DNA of 42,242 nt from a virus. Location of the stretch: IMG/VR virus record IMGVR_UViG_3300004097_000002. The stretch is one strand, 5' to 3'. Under the pieces are notes generated by a model that was given only the letters and a program-made list of their open reading frames with translations, had not been told where the DNA came from and ran no database searches. This document shows positions 25,464 through 32,610 of the stretch, in pieces. The position numbers and the translations under genes are program-made. Within the stretch, counting starts at the first letter, position 1. Each line of letters starts with the position of its first letter.

Positions 25464-25478
25464 CTGTTTATAAACAAC
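25445..25478. repeat. Perfect 12-bp inverted repeat GTTGTTTATAAA / TTTATAAACAAC around TAGCTAACTG
   Basis: Read directly from the sequence: arms at 25445..25456 and 25467..25478. It contains the motif TTTATAAATAGCTA.CTGTTTAT, which recurs at 25579..25600. Confidence 0.85.
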
Positions 25479-25506
25479 CCAACCATTATACGGATATAAG
25501 GGTTTG

Positions 25507-25703
25507 TATAATGTCTAAGTGATTGAAAGTAATAATAATATAATATATATAATAAATATAATAACTAATAAACTACTATTTATAAATAGCTACTGTTTAT
25601 TAATAGTCTAGCTATTTATCAATAGTGGACCTATAGACCCCCTCCCTATTATATTTTGTTATATCATTATACTTTCTTAATTAACAATGACTTAGGCATT
25701 ATA
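25507..25703. repeat. Nested imperfect palindrome of about 197 bp, centred near 25600
   Basis: The inner arms 25573..25592 and 25609..25628 match 18/20, including the perfect ATAAATAGCTA/TAGCTATTTAT. The outer arms 25507..25543 and 25659..25703 share TATAATG.CTAAGT.ATTG and AAAGTA.AAT.ATATAA with a 9-nt indel. A 14-bp perfect palindrome CTATTTATAAATAG lies at 25576..25589. Confidence 0.8.
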
Positions 25704-25744
25704 AATTCGTTATAAAATCGACCGTCTATTATATGAGAAGACAC

Positions 25745-25764
25745 AAAAAAACCGCCGAAGCGGT
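25745..25764 (-). terminator. Rho-independent terminator after 25813..26484
   Basis: The minus strand has ACCGC-UUCG-GCGGU followed by UUUUUUU. Confidence 0.8.
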
Positions 25765-25812
25765 CTAAGTTGTAAATAGTGTATGTTGCGAATATATATC
25801 GTATGCAATAAA

Positions 25813-26484
25813 CTATTTGTCGTTGTTAATACGTCTTATCATTTCGCAAACAATTGAACTTCCGGCGCTTCTTTCGTTTGGTTGTTGAATCGCTTTTCGT
25901 TTAATAGGCTTGTTGTTTCGCATCTTAGGAAGAAGTGAACGAAGCTTGACTTTATTATCGTATTTGCTTGTTGCGACCATTGCGGCTGCGTTCTTTAATT
26001 CTTCGAAGTTATCGTTCGACAATACGACGCCAGCTTGTGTTAATAGCAGCCAGTTATAAAAGTATATATCGTGGGCTTGTATACTTCCGTTTTCCGGCGG
26101 GTTGTACCATTTAACATGCGTTAATACGCCGTTTCGAAACATAGCACGACCCAACGTCAACGGGTAATCTGATTCGCGACTACTCGCCGGGACTTGAATA
26201 AAAACACGCCACCATTCACGGTTTGTTGATTCGGCTTCGTTTACTTCGCATACGCAACCTATTTTGTTTAACATTGCTTCGATTTCGTTCAATTTAATAT
26301 TCATTTTTTTGCGCCCCATTATAAAAGTCATATTTTGTTTATTTACAAAAGCGTGAGCCTTGGCGAACTTGTCGGCGCTTTTGCGATTCCAGGGTGAAAC
26401 ACGCCACCAGCCATTTATAAACTTAATGTGCGGCTTTCCTGGTGTCTTAGGTTCGATTGTTGTGTTGTCGAATGGTTTATGCAT
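25813..26484 (-). CDS. Hypothetical protein (223 aa, two WWRV motifs)
   Basis: It has a GGAG RBS, contains INGWWRVSPW and NREWWRVFIQ, and has a basic C-terminus. Confidence 0.7.
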   Translation of the reverse strand: MHKPFDNTTIEPKTPGKPHIKFINGWWRVSPWNRKSADKFAKAHAFVNKQNMTFIMGRKKMNIKLNEIEAMLNKIGCVCEVNEAESTNREWWRVFIQVPASSRESDYPLTLGRAMFRNGVLTHVKWYNPPENGSIQAHDIYFYNWLLLTQAGVVLSNDNFEELKNAAAMVATSKYDNKVKLRSLLPKMRNNKPIKRKAIQQPNERSAGSSIVCEMIRRINNDK

Positions 26485-26527
26485 TTTGTTTAAACTCCGT
26501 TTTTAATTATATTGTGTAACAGCAGCA

Positions 26528-26860
26528 TTAATCGCTGTAGTTTTTCATCAAATCTAGTATTTCATCACGTTGATTGTCTAGCTTGCGTTCGATGTATGAA
26601 AGGGCTTCATATTCCCATTGCATAGCAGGCGTATTAAAACCTATTTCATGCGCGTCGTTCAACTGCTCCGTCGAGTTGTGACAATTACAGAAAAACACTT
26701 CCTTCGCACCGGACATCGATTTTTCATCGGGCACCAACTCCGACAAAGGCGCGTTGAACTTACTATAGAACGTTGCGCAGCGAGGGCAACATAAACAAAG
26801 ACTATGGTCGGGCCTTTCGCTTATATCGAAGCCGTGCGCTTTTAAAATTGATTCAATCAT
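26528..26860 (-). CDS. Cys-rich (zinc-finger-like) protein
   Basis: I chose the start at ATG 26860 (MIESILK), after AAGGAA. 110 aa with CLCCPRC ... FCNCH. Confidence 0.6.
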   Translation of the reverse strand: MIESILKAHGFDISERPDHSLCLCCPRCATFYSKFNAPLSELVPDEKSMSGAKEVFFCNCHNSTEQLNDAHEIGFNTPAMQWEYEALSYIERKLDNQRDEILDLMKNYSD

Positions 26861-27024
26861 AAATATTCCTTTTCTTTTCGTTCCCACATTATGACGTTTG
26901 AATATTCTTTTTTGATTGCGTTGATTTTATCGGTAAGACGTTGCGCGTCTTCGATTTCACATTTAAGCGGTTCAATTTTCGAATGTTCTTGCAACATTAT
27001 TGCGATTGCTTCGTTCATGTTCAT
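26857..27024 (-). CDS. Unlisted 55-aa ORF (MNMNEAIAIMLQEHSKIEPLKCEIEDAQRLTDKINAIKKEYSNVIMWERKEKEYL)
   Basis: This ORF is not in the ORF track. It has an AAAGGA RBS, its stop overlaps the next start as ATGA, and it fills an otherwise empty gap behind a promoter. Confidence 0.55.
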   Translation of the reverse strand: MNMNEAIAIMLQEHSKIEPLKCEIEDAQRLTDKINAIKKEYSNVIMWERKEKEYL

Positions 27025-27072
27025 TTTATTAAGTCCTTTGTGTTTGTGAAGCGTTATTGCTTCGATGGATTT

Positions 27073-27101
27073 GTAATAAACTACGATTAAAACTACGTCA
27101 A
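27073..27101 (-). promoter_or_regulatory. Sigma70-like promoter (TTGACG-17-TATTAC)
   Basis: On the minus strand, the -35 is at 27101..27096 and the -10 at 27078..27073. It shares the TTGACGTAGTT..T..ATCGTA motif with 22188..22216. Confidence 0.5.
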
Positions 27102-27137
27102 TACATACGATGAAATATTTTACTTTATTTTAGACAC

Positions 27138-27160
27138 AAAAAAACCGCCCGAAGGCGGCT
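27138..27160 (-). terminator. Rho-independent terminator after the primase-helicase gene
   Basis: The minus strand has CCGCC-UUCG-GGCGG followed by UUUUUUU. The flanking GACACAAAAAAACCGCC is nearly identical to the terminator at 25745. Confidence 0.8.
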
Positions 27161-27183
27161 TGATTCCGAAACTATAAAATACA

Positions 27184-29502
27184 CTACAAACCAAAAACGC
27201 CAGGATGTGAAATCATGTAAGCAATTGCGCTTGTTTCGTATTGCTTAGAAAGAACGGCGCGGCTTACTTCTTGAATGTCGCCCCGTTCGCATAAAGTCTT
27301 CAATGCTTTTTTAATTGCACCGCTTGCGCCGATTCGGTCCTTTCTAAATACGGCAACTGCTGCAAGTCTTCTTTGAACGTAACTATACGGGATTATTCTG
27401 TTTGAATGTAAAACGCCAGCGCCTTCGCCTGCATACTTTGAAACTTCCGGCCAAGGTGAAACAACGAAGTCTTTAATTACTGCAATTACTTTCGAAAGTT
27501 GTTTTGTTTCGTCGTTATCAATACCTATTTCACCAGCGTCGAAACGAGCAAGTAAATTACGAACGTCCGCAACAACAAGATTGATTGCCCAGGAAGCAAC
27601 GTCACTTGTCACAATCGGGTCGTATGGATTGCAACCGACTGCAATTATTGCAGCAAGCTTCAAAGCCTTAACGTGCGCACGGTTCCACAAATGACGGCGA
27701 ATTTCACGGTCGCTTGTGTTTATGTTTGAATCGCAATGTTCGTCGAACTTATCAAACAAAGCTTTCGCACCTGGTTCGCTTTGAACGTGTATCGCTTTGT
27801 TTTGGCTGTTTAACATTAAAGAATGAGCGCAAAGCGTCGAAAGTCTGTCGATTAATTCGAAAGAAGGTTGCGCCGTCAAATGGCCGTTGTTTAAAGGCGG
27901 TCTTTCTCCATGATATTCAATTGAAGTAAAACGAGGCAACAAACCTTCCGAAATCAAACCTTCGTGTAAACCTTCGTAAAACTTTTCGGGTGTTGATTCA
28001 CCAATCATTGAAAAAGAAGGCGAAGCAACTGCGCTTGTGTTTTTGTCTTTGTCTGAATATATAGAAGGACGAAGAATTTTGCTTTCGCCTGATTTATTAT
28101 AAGCATCAAGTAAGAAACGACGAAGCCCGGTTAAATGTGGGGGAGCGTTTAAACTTGCCATTTGTTGCAAATATATTCCGAATTCACCTACTAATGAAAC
28201 GAAAGACGTTGGCCCGCGCGACATATACTTGATGATTGCTTGCGACGAAGCTATTTCACCAGGTCCGACGAATTCAGCAGCAGCCGGAACAGTTCGAATA
28301 ACTTGTGCCATTAATTTATCGATGCCGCTTGCAATTGCTTCCTTTCCTGTACCAGTAGGCGCAAGCAATAAAATATATTGATTCAAACCAGTGCCCGAAA
28401 TGTTATACGCACGACCTACAATACCAGCGATTAAACCAAGGGCACCAGCAAGCGATATTTCCGGAACAGGGCGCGGTGCTTGAGCATATATAAATTGCGC
28501 GATTTCACCAACTAAACCAGGCGGGACGCTGTAAACACTAGATGATTCACTCATTTTCGGCGCTGGTGCAATCTTGTGCGGTGTTGCTGCTGCATTACGT
28601 GACATCAACAACGCTTCGTTTTCAGCAAGTCTATTTGCAATTGCTTCGTCTAGTTTGTTTTTAAGTCCGTCAATATCAACAGGCGGCAACATTCTATCGA
28701 AACATTTATTAAGCATATATGAAACGTAATCGTCGCGTTTTGCTTTGTCGCGTTGGCCTAAACCGGAAGCGCGGAACATTCTTTTTATTTGCGCTCGATT
28801 TTGTGTATAAAAGGCAATAATGTCGACAAGTGCAAAATCGGCTTCTGATTGCGAAGAATAGTAACCTTCCCATTGTCCGGAAAACAAATCGAAAAACTTT
28901 CCGCCGTTTGCTGCTTCTGATGCGCGTTTGTAAATTTCTTCGTCTGTGTCTTTTGCTTCGGCAAGTCCTGCATAATGAGCAACAGCAACCGAACCTTCGC
29001 CCATTTGACCCCACAATATATTTAAGCTTTCGTCCATATCCTTAATAGGTGCGTCGCGGTAAACATTACCCGTCATTGTCATGTAACGAGCCGACGAATA
29101 TATTTCAATAAAAGAGCGACGGCGACCCGCTGGTAATTTGCCCTTTATAATGATATGCAAACCCGAACCCGAAGGCGACTTTTCTGCATAACTTGAAAAC
29201 TCATTGAATATTTTAATTTGACGGTCTAAAGCTGTTTGGTCCGTTCCTGTATCGTCAAGGTCGATAAATGCATACGGGTCGGCTTCTGTTAAAACAAAAC
29301 CTATGCCGCTATACCAACCCGTTTCGGCCGCTTTTAAACAGTCGTCAAAGCTTGCCCAGGTATTAGAATCCGAAACGCTCGCAAGCTTTCCGCTGTTTGC
29401 TGAATAAGGAACCTTTGTCGGTTTTTTGGCTTGTACGTCTTCGAAGCGCCACATTACCCATTGTTTATACGCGCGCATTTCTTCCGGTATTTTATCAAAC
29501 AT
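27184..29502 (-). CDS. Bifunctional primase-polymerase (AEP) / DUF3987-type helicase
   Basis: 772 aa. The N-terminus (WVMWRFE...KVPY...AFIDLDD...SPSGSGLHIIIKG) is typical of prim-pol domains. The C-terminal half has a Walker A (LLAPTGTGKE). Confidence 0.8.
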   Translation of the reverse strand: MFDKIPEEMRAYKQWVMWRFEDVQAKKPTKVPYSANSGKLASVSDSNTWASFDDCLKAAETGWYSGIGFVLTEADPYAFIDLDDTGTDQTALDRQIKIFNEFSSYAEKSPSGSGLHIIIKGKLPAGRRRSFIEIYSSARYMTMTGNVYRDAPIKDMDESLNILWGQMGEGSVAVAHYAGLAEAKDTDEEIYKRASEAANGGKFFDLFSGQWEGYYSSQSEADFALVDIIAFYTQNRAQIKRMFRASGLGQRDKAKRDDYVSYMLNKCFDRMLPPVDIDGLKNKLDEAIANRLAENEALLMSRNAAATPHKIAPAPKMSESSSVYSVPPGLVGEIAQFIYAQAPRPVPEISLAGALGLIAGIVGRAYNISGTGLNQYILLLAPTGTGKEAIASGIDKLMAQVIRTVPAAAEFVGPGEIASSQAIIKYMSRGPTSFVSLVGEFGIYLQQMASLNAPPHLTGLRRFLLDAYNKSGESKILRPSIYSDKDKNTSAVASPSFSMIGESTPEKFYEGLHEGLISEGLLPRFTSIEYHGERPPLNNGHLTAQPSFELIDRLSTLCAHSLMLNSQNKAIHVQSEPGAKALFDKFDEHCDSNINTSDREIRRHLWNRAHVKALKLAAIIAVGCNPYDPIVTSDVASWAINLVVADVRNLLARFDAGEIGIDNDETKQLSKVIAVIKDFVVSPWPEVSKYAGEGAGVLHSNRIIPYSYVQRRLAAVAVFRKDRIGASGAIKKALKTLCERGDIQEVSRAVLSKQYETSAIAYMISHPGVFGL

Positions 29503-29504
29503 GG

Positions 29505-29711
29505 TTAATCATCCTTATTTAGTTTGCATAAATAAGAATTAAGCGTTTCGATTGTGACTACGCCGGGGTTGTTGATTTCGCCGCGTGCAAAAGAGTTCAA
29601 CCAGGAAGAAGAAACGTTGATTGCTTCGGCTATCGAATTGACAGAAACCGACGCGGGGCGATTTAAAAGAAGCTTTCGCGTTTTGTCACGAAGCGTTGTT
29701 ATTTCAGACAT
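29505..29711 (-). CDS. Small HTH (XRE/Cro-like) transcriptional regulator
   Basis: 68 aa with the helix-turn-helix VNSIAEAINVSSSWLNSFARGE. It is the first gene of the leftward operon and adjoins the operator-like repeats. Confidence 0.7.
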   Translation of the reverse strand: MSEITTLRDKTRKLLLNRPASVSVNSIAEAINVSSSWLNSFARGEINNPGVVTIETLNSYLCKLNKDD

Positions 29712-29752
29712 AATGCACCGTTTACCGTTTTAATGTGGGATAATAGAAACGC

Positions 29753-29781
29753 ACTATACCCGACAAAATTTTAGCAAGCAA
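29753..29781 (-). promoter_or_regulatory. Leftward early promoter (TTGCTT-17-TATAGT)
   Basis: On the minus strand, the -35 is at 29781..29776 and the -10 at 29758..29753. Repeat copy 1 lies in its spacer. Confidence 0.55.
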
Positions 29782-29792
29782 GACAAAATTTT
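29762..29792. promoter_or_regulatory. Two copies of GACAAAATTTT (palindromic core AAAATTTT), 20 bp apart; candidate operators
   Basis: The copies are at 29762..29772 and 29782..29792. The second copy forms the perfect palindrome CAAAATTTTG. Both sit between or within the divergent promoters. Confidence 0.6.
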
Positions 29793-29793
29793 G

Positions 29794-29822
29794 TTGACAG
29801 CATAAAAGGCAATCGATAAAGT
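29794..29822 (+). promoter_or_regulatory. Rightward early promoter (TTGACA-17-TAAAGT)
   Basis: The -35 is at 29794..29799 and the -10 at 29817..29822, about 45 nt upstream of the MazG-like start. Confidence 0.6.
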
Positions 29823-29867
29823 ATGATTGTTCCGGCAAATTTAGTCGGTTAAAAAAAAGGGTATTTT

Positions 29868-30440
29868 ATGAAAAAAGAATTTGATTATATAAAAGAAGCA
29901 AGTTTGACAAATTCATCAAGCTTTTACGGCGAACAAATGCCGCTTTCTTACTTCGAAGAAGTCGTAAGCGAATCAATCGAAGTAATTAAAAAACTAGACC
30001 AAATCAAAAAGGCGCTTTTTTACGGGCGTGAAATTGAAATTCCACACGAACACCAAAATTCAACAAACATTGCACATTTACCGCAATGGATTTCAAACAA
30101 CAAAAACAATGACGTAAAAGCAATCGATGTTATTCACGGCATTATCGGAAAAGTGACCGAAGCTGGCGAACTTCTTGAAGCACTTGCAGCAACGGCGTTT
30201 GAATGCAAGCCGTTCGACGCCATTAATATGGTTGAAGAAGTAGGCGACGGCCTTTGGTACGACGCTTTATTATTGAACACTTTATGTTTAACTTTCGAAG
30301 AAGCACAACAAATAAACATCGAAAAGCTTCGTAAAAGATACCCGAATAAATTTACGGAATTTGATGCGATTTATAGAAATGTCGACGAAGAAAGAAAAAT
30401 ATTAAATAAAATGAAAAATAATGTTGACACCGCCGAATAA
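29868..30440 (+). CDS. mazG: MazG-like nucleoside triphosphate pyrophosphohydrolase
   Basis: 190 aa with the motifs KVTEAGELLEAL and VEEVGDGLWY (EExxE ... E.GD.LWY). Confidence 0.7.
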   Translation: MKKEFDYIKEASLTNSSSFYGEQMPLSYFEEVVSESIEVIKKLDQIKKALFYGREIEIPHEHQNSTNIAHLPQWISNNKNNDVKAIDVIHGIIGKVTEAGELLEALAATAFECKPFDAINMVEEVGDGLWYDALLLNTLCLTFEEAQQINIEKLRKRYPNKFTEFDAIYRNVDEERKILNKMKNNVDTAE

Positions 30441-30501
30441 GCGTCGTATATTTAACCCATACCGAAGCAAAGTGCTTAGGACTTAAAAAGGAATCATCGA
30501 A

Positions 30502-31008
30502 ATGACACCACAAACAATTCAAATCACAAACGAAGCGGGCGAAGTGAAAAACTTCACGGAAGAAGAATATTTCAAAGAACGCGACCGTCTTTTGGTTCTT
30601 TGGCAATCTGCGAAACTTGCGCTTGATGTTGCAAAAGAAAACGAAATAATGCTAAGAACCGAAGCGGCGTTATTTATGCACGACCCAAACAAAGCGGGTT
30701 CTGTTGAAACTGTCGAACTTGGTCAAGGTTATAAAGCGAAGGTTAAAGTCCCTGTAAATTACGGTTTTATTAAAAACGAATCAGGTAAAATCGACAAAGC
30801 ACGCATTGAAAAAGCATTGTCTAAAATTGAAAAGGACGGCGCAGTTGGTGAACTAATCGCAGAACGTTTAATTGATTGGAAACCTAACCTTTCTTTATCT
30901 GAATATAAATTATTGTCTGAAAAACATCGTAAAATAATCGACGACGTTGTTGTTACGACAACAGGAACAGCAACGCTTTCAATTGCAGAACCTAAAGCAA
31001 AAAAATAA
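30502..31008 (+). CDS. Hypothetical replication/recombination-module protein
   Basis: 168 aa with an AAGGA RBS. It lies immediately upstream of the Sak4-like ATPase. Confidence 0.7.
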   Translation: MTPQTIQITNEAGEVKNFTEEEYFKERDRLLVLWQSAKLALDVAKENEIMLRTEAALFMHDPNKAGSVETVELGQGYKAKVKVPVNYGFIKNESGKIDKARIEKALSKIEKDGAVGELIAERLIDWKPNLSLSEYKLLSEKHRKIIDDVVVTTTGTATLSIAEPKAKK

Positions 31009-31056
31009 TAAAACCGCCGGGGTTGCCCACAATACCCGGCTTTACGAGGAAATATT

Positions 31057-31773
31057 ATGCAAATGTCACATTTGAAAAAGGCTTCCGAACTTGCAAGGCG
31101 TTACGGCGTGAAAGCAACTATATTCGGCGGTCCTGGTTCTGGCAAAACTCCGTTAATGAATACGGCACCGCGTCCGGTTCTTCTTGTGACCGAACCTGGT
31201 ATGCTTTCAATGCGAACGTCTAATATTCCGGCCTGGGAGGCATACACCCCGGCATTAGTTACTGAGTTTTTCAAGTGGTTTATGGAATCAAAAGAAGCGT
31301 CGAATTTTGATACACTTTGCATTGATTCAATTTCGAATGTTGCTGAATTAATATTAATGGACGAATTAATAAAAGTTAAGCACGGCATGAAGGCTTACGG
31401 CAATATGTCCGAACGTGTAATGAAAATATGCAACGATTTGTATTATATGCCGCAAAAGCACATTGCAATGATTGCAAAACAGTCAACCGTTGAAAATGGA
31501 AGACAGACGATAATGCAAGGGGGTGAAATAATTTACGAACCTATTATGCAAAAACGTCCTTTTTTCCCTGGGAAAGATTTAAACGTAAAAATACCTCATT
31601 TATTCGATAATGTAATGCACCTTAGCGAAGTAATGATTCCGGGAAACCAGAAGCCAGTTCGAGCATTAAGAACAAAAGAAATTCCCGAAGTTTTCGCACG
31701 CGATAGACTTGGCAATTTAGACGAATTAGAACAACCCGACTTAACAAAGCTTTTTGCTAAGTCAATGCAATAA
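31057..31773 (+). CDS. Sak4-like RecA-fold AAA ATPase
   Basis: 238 aa with Walker A (GGPGSGKT) and Walker B-like (TLCIDS) motifs. It is paired with a DUF669-type protein, as in known Sak4 modules. Confidence 0.7.
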   Translation: MQMSHLKKASELARRYGVKATIFGGPGSGKTPLMNTAPRPVLLVTEPGMLSMRTSNIPAWEAYTPALVTEFFKWFMESKEASNFDTLCIDSISNVAELILMDELIKVKHGMKAYGNMSERVMKICNDLYYMPQKHIAMIAKQSTVENGRQTIMQGGEIIYEPIMQKRPFFPGKDLNVKIPHLFDNVMHLSEVMIPGNQKPVRALRTKEIPEVFARDRLGNLDELEQPDLTKLFAKSMQ

Positions 31774-31786
31774 ATACGGTTTATTT

Positions 31787-31816
31787 TTGCCGACCGATTT
31801 AAACGGCAATTTTTTT
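31787..31816 (+). terminator. Rho-independent terminator or attenuator
   Basis: UUGCCG-N11-CGGCAA followed by UUUUUUU. Confidence 0.6.
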
Positions 31817-31833
31817 ATAAATAAGGCAACATT

Positions 31834-32544
31834 ATGCAATTAATTACAGCTTTCAACGCACAACAATTCGATCCAAATCAAGGCACGGGAAGTTTACCAA
31901 TCGGTCGTCACCCTGTTGTTGTTTCTAGTTCAGAAGTAAAAGCAAACAAAGCAGGCGACGGCGGTTATTTACAGCTTGATTTGCGTATCATTGACGGTCC
32001 GCAACAAGGCACAATCGGCGCGTATCGTTTGAACTTGTATCATTCAAGCACGCAAACAGTTGAAATTGCAAACAAACAATTTTCGGCAATCTGTCACGTT
32101 GTTGGTGTGTTTATGGTCAATGATTCGTCACAACTGCACGACATTCCTTTTATTATTGAAGTAGGACCGCAAAAAAATGATGCGTCTTATACCGAAGTTA
32201 AAAAAGTATTTGACATAAACGGAAACGAGCCAGGCAAAGCAGGTTCGGGCCAACAACAACAAGCACCAGCGCAAGCGCAACAAGCTGCACCGCAACAACA
32301 AGCGGCTGCCCCTGGCGGATGGGGTCAACAAGCACCTGCACAACAAGCAGCACCGCAACAAGCAGCGGCCGCCTGGGGCGCACAACCACAACAAGCGGCG
32401 CCACAACAAGGCGCTGCGCCTGCCTGGGGCGGACAAGCTGCGGCACCTCAACAAGCTGCTGCACCTCAACAGGCTGCTGCTGGTGGCTGGCAACAAACTC
32501 CAACACCTGGCGCGCAACAAGCTGCACCAGCCTGGGCCAAATAA
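31834..32544 (+). CDS. DUF669-type ssDNA-binding protein candidate with a long Q/A/P/W-rich C-terminal tract
   Basis: 236 aa. The N-terminal ~135 aa fit the DUF669 pattern (FDPNQGTGSLPIGRHPVVV...GGYLQLDLRIIDG...YRLNLYH). The C-terminal ~100 aa are low complexity. Confidence 0.65.
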   Translation: MQLITAFNAQQFDPNQGTGSLPIGRHPVVVSSSEVKANKAGDGGYLQLDLRIIDGPQQGTIGAYRLNLYHSSTQTVEIANKQFSAICHVVGVFMVNDSSQLHDIPFIIEVGPQKNDASYTEVKKVFDINGNEPGKAGSGQQQQAPAQAQQAAPQQQAAAPGGWGQQAPAQQAAPQQAAAAWGAQPQQAAPQQGAAPAWGGQAAAPQQAAAPQQAAAGGWQQTPTPGAQQAAPAWAK

Positions 32545-32562
32545 TAACGGCTTTTTTGTTTG

Positions 32563-32592
32563 AAACGGGGGCTTTCATAGCCCCGTTTTTTT
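32563..32592 (+). terminator. Rho-independent terminator after the SSB-like gene
   Basis: ACGGGGC-UUUCAUA-GCCCCGU followed by UUUUUUU. Confidence 0.8.
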
Positions 32593-32610
32593 CTAAGGAA
32601 TTTATAAAAT

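Noticed and set aside
25445-25625. Possible CRISPR-like or attP nature of the repeated TTTATAAATAGCTA motif
   Set aside because: There are only two direct copies plus one inverted half-site. Spacing is irregular and the units themselves are palindromic, so this is not a repeat-spacer array. No integrase or recombinase gene was recognised anywhere, so attP is unlikely.
29728-29745. DnaA-box-like sequence (minus strand CTATTATCCCACATTA) in the divergent control region
   Set aside because: TTATCCCACA has an extra C relative to the TTATCCACA consensus, and it is a single occurrence. That is insufficient to call a DnaA box.
31016-31040. Hairpin GCCGGG-N13-CCCGGC after gene 30502..31008 as a terminator
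   Set aside because: It is followed only by UUUA and directly by the RBS of the Sak4-like gene. It is more likely a neutral or stabilising structure than a terminator, so I did not list it as a feature.
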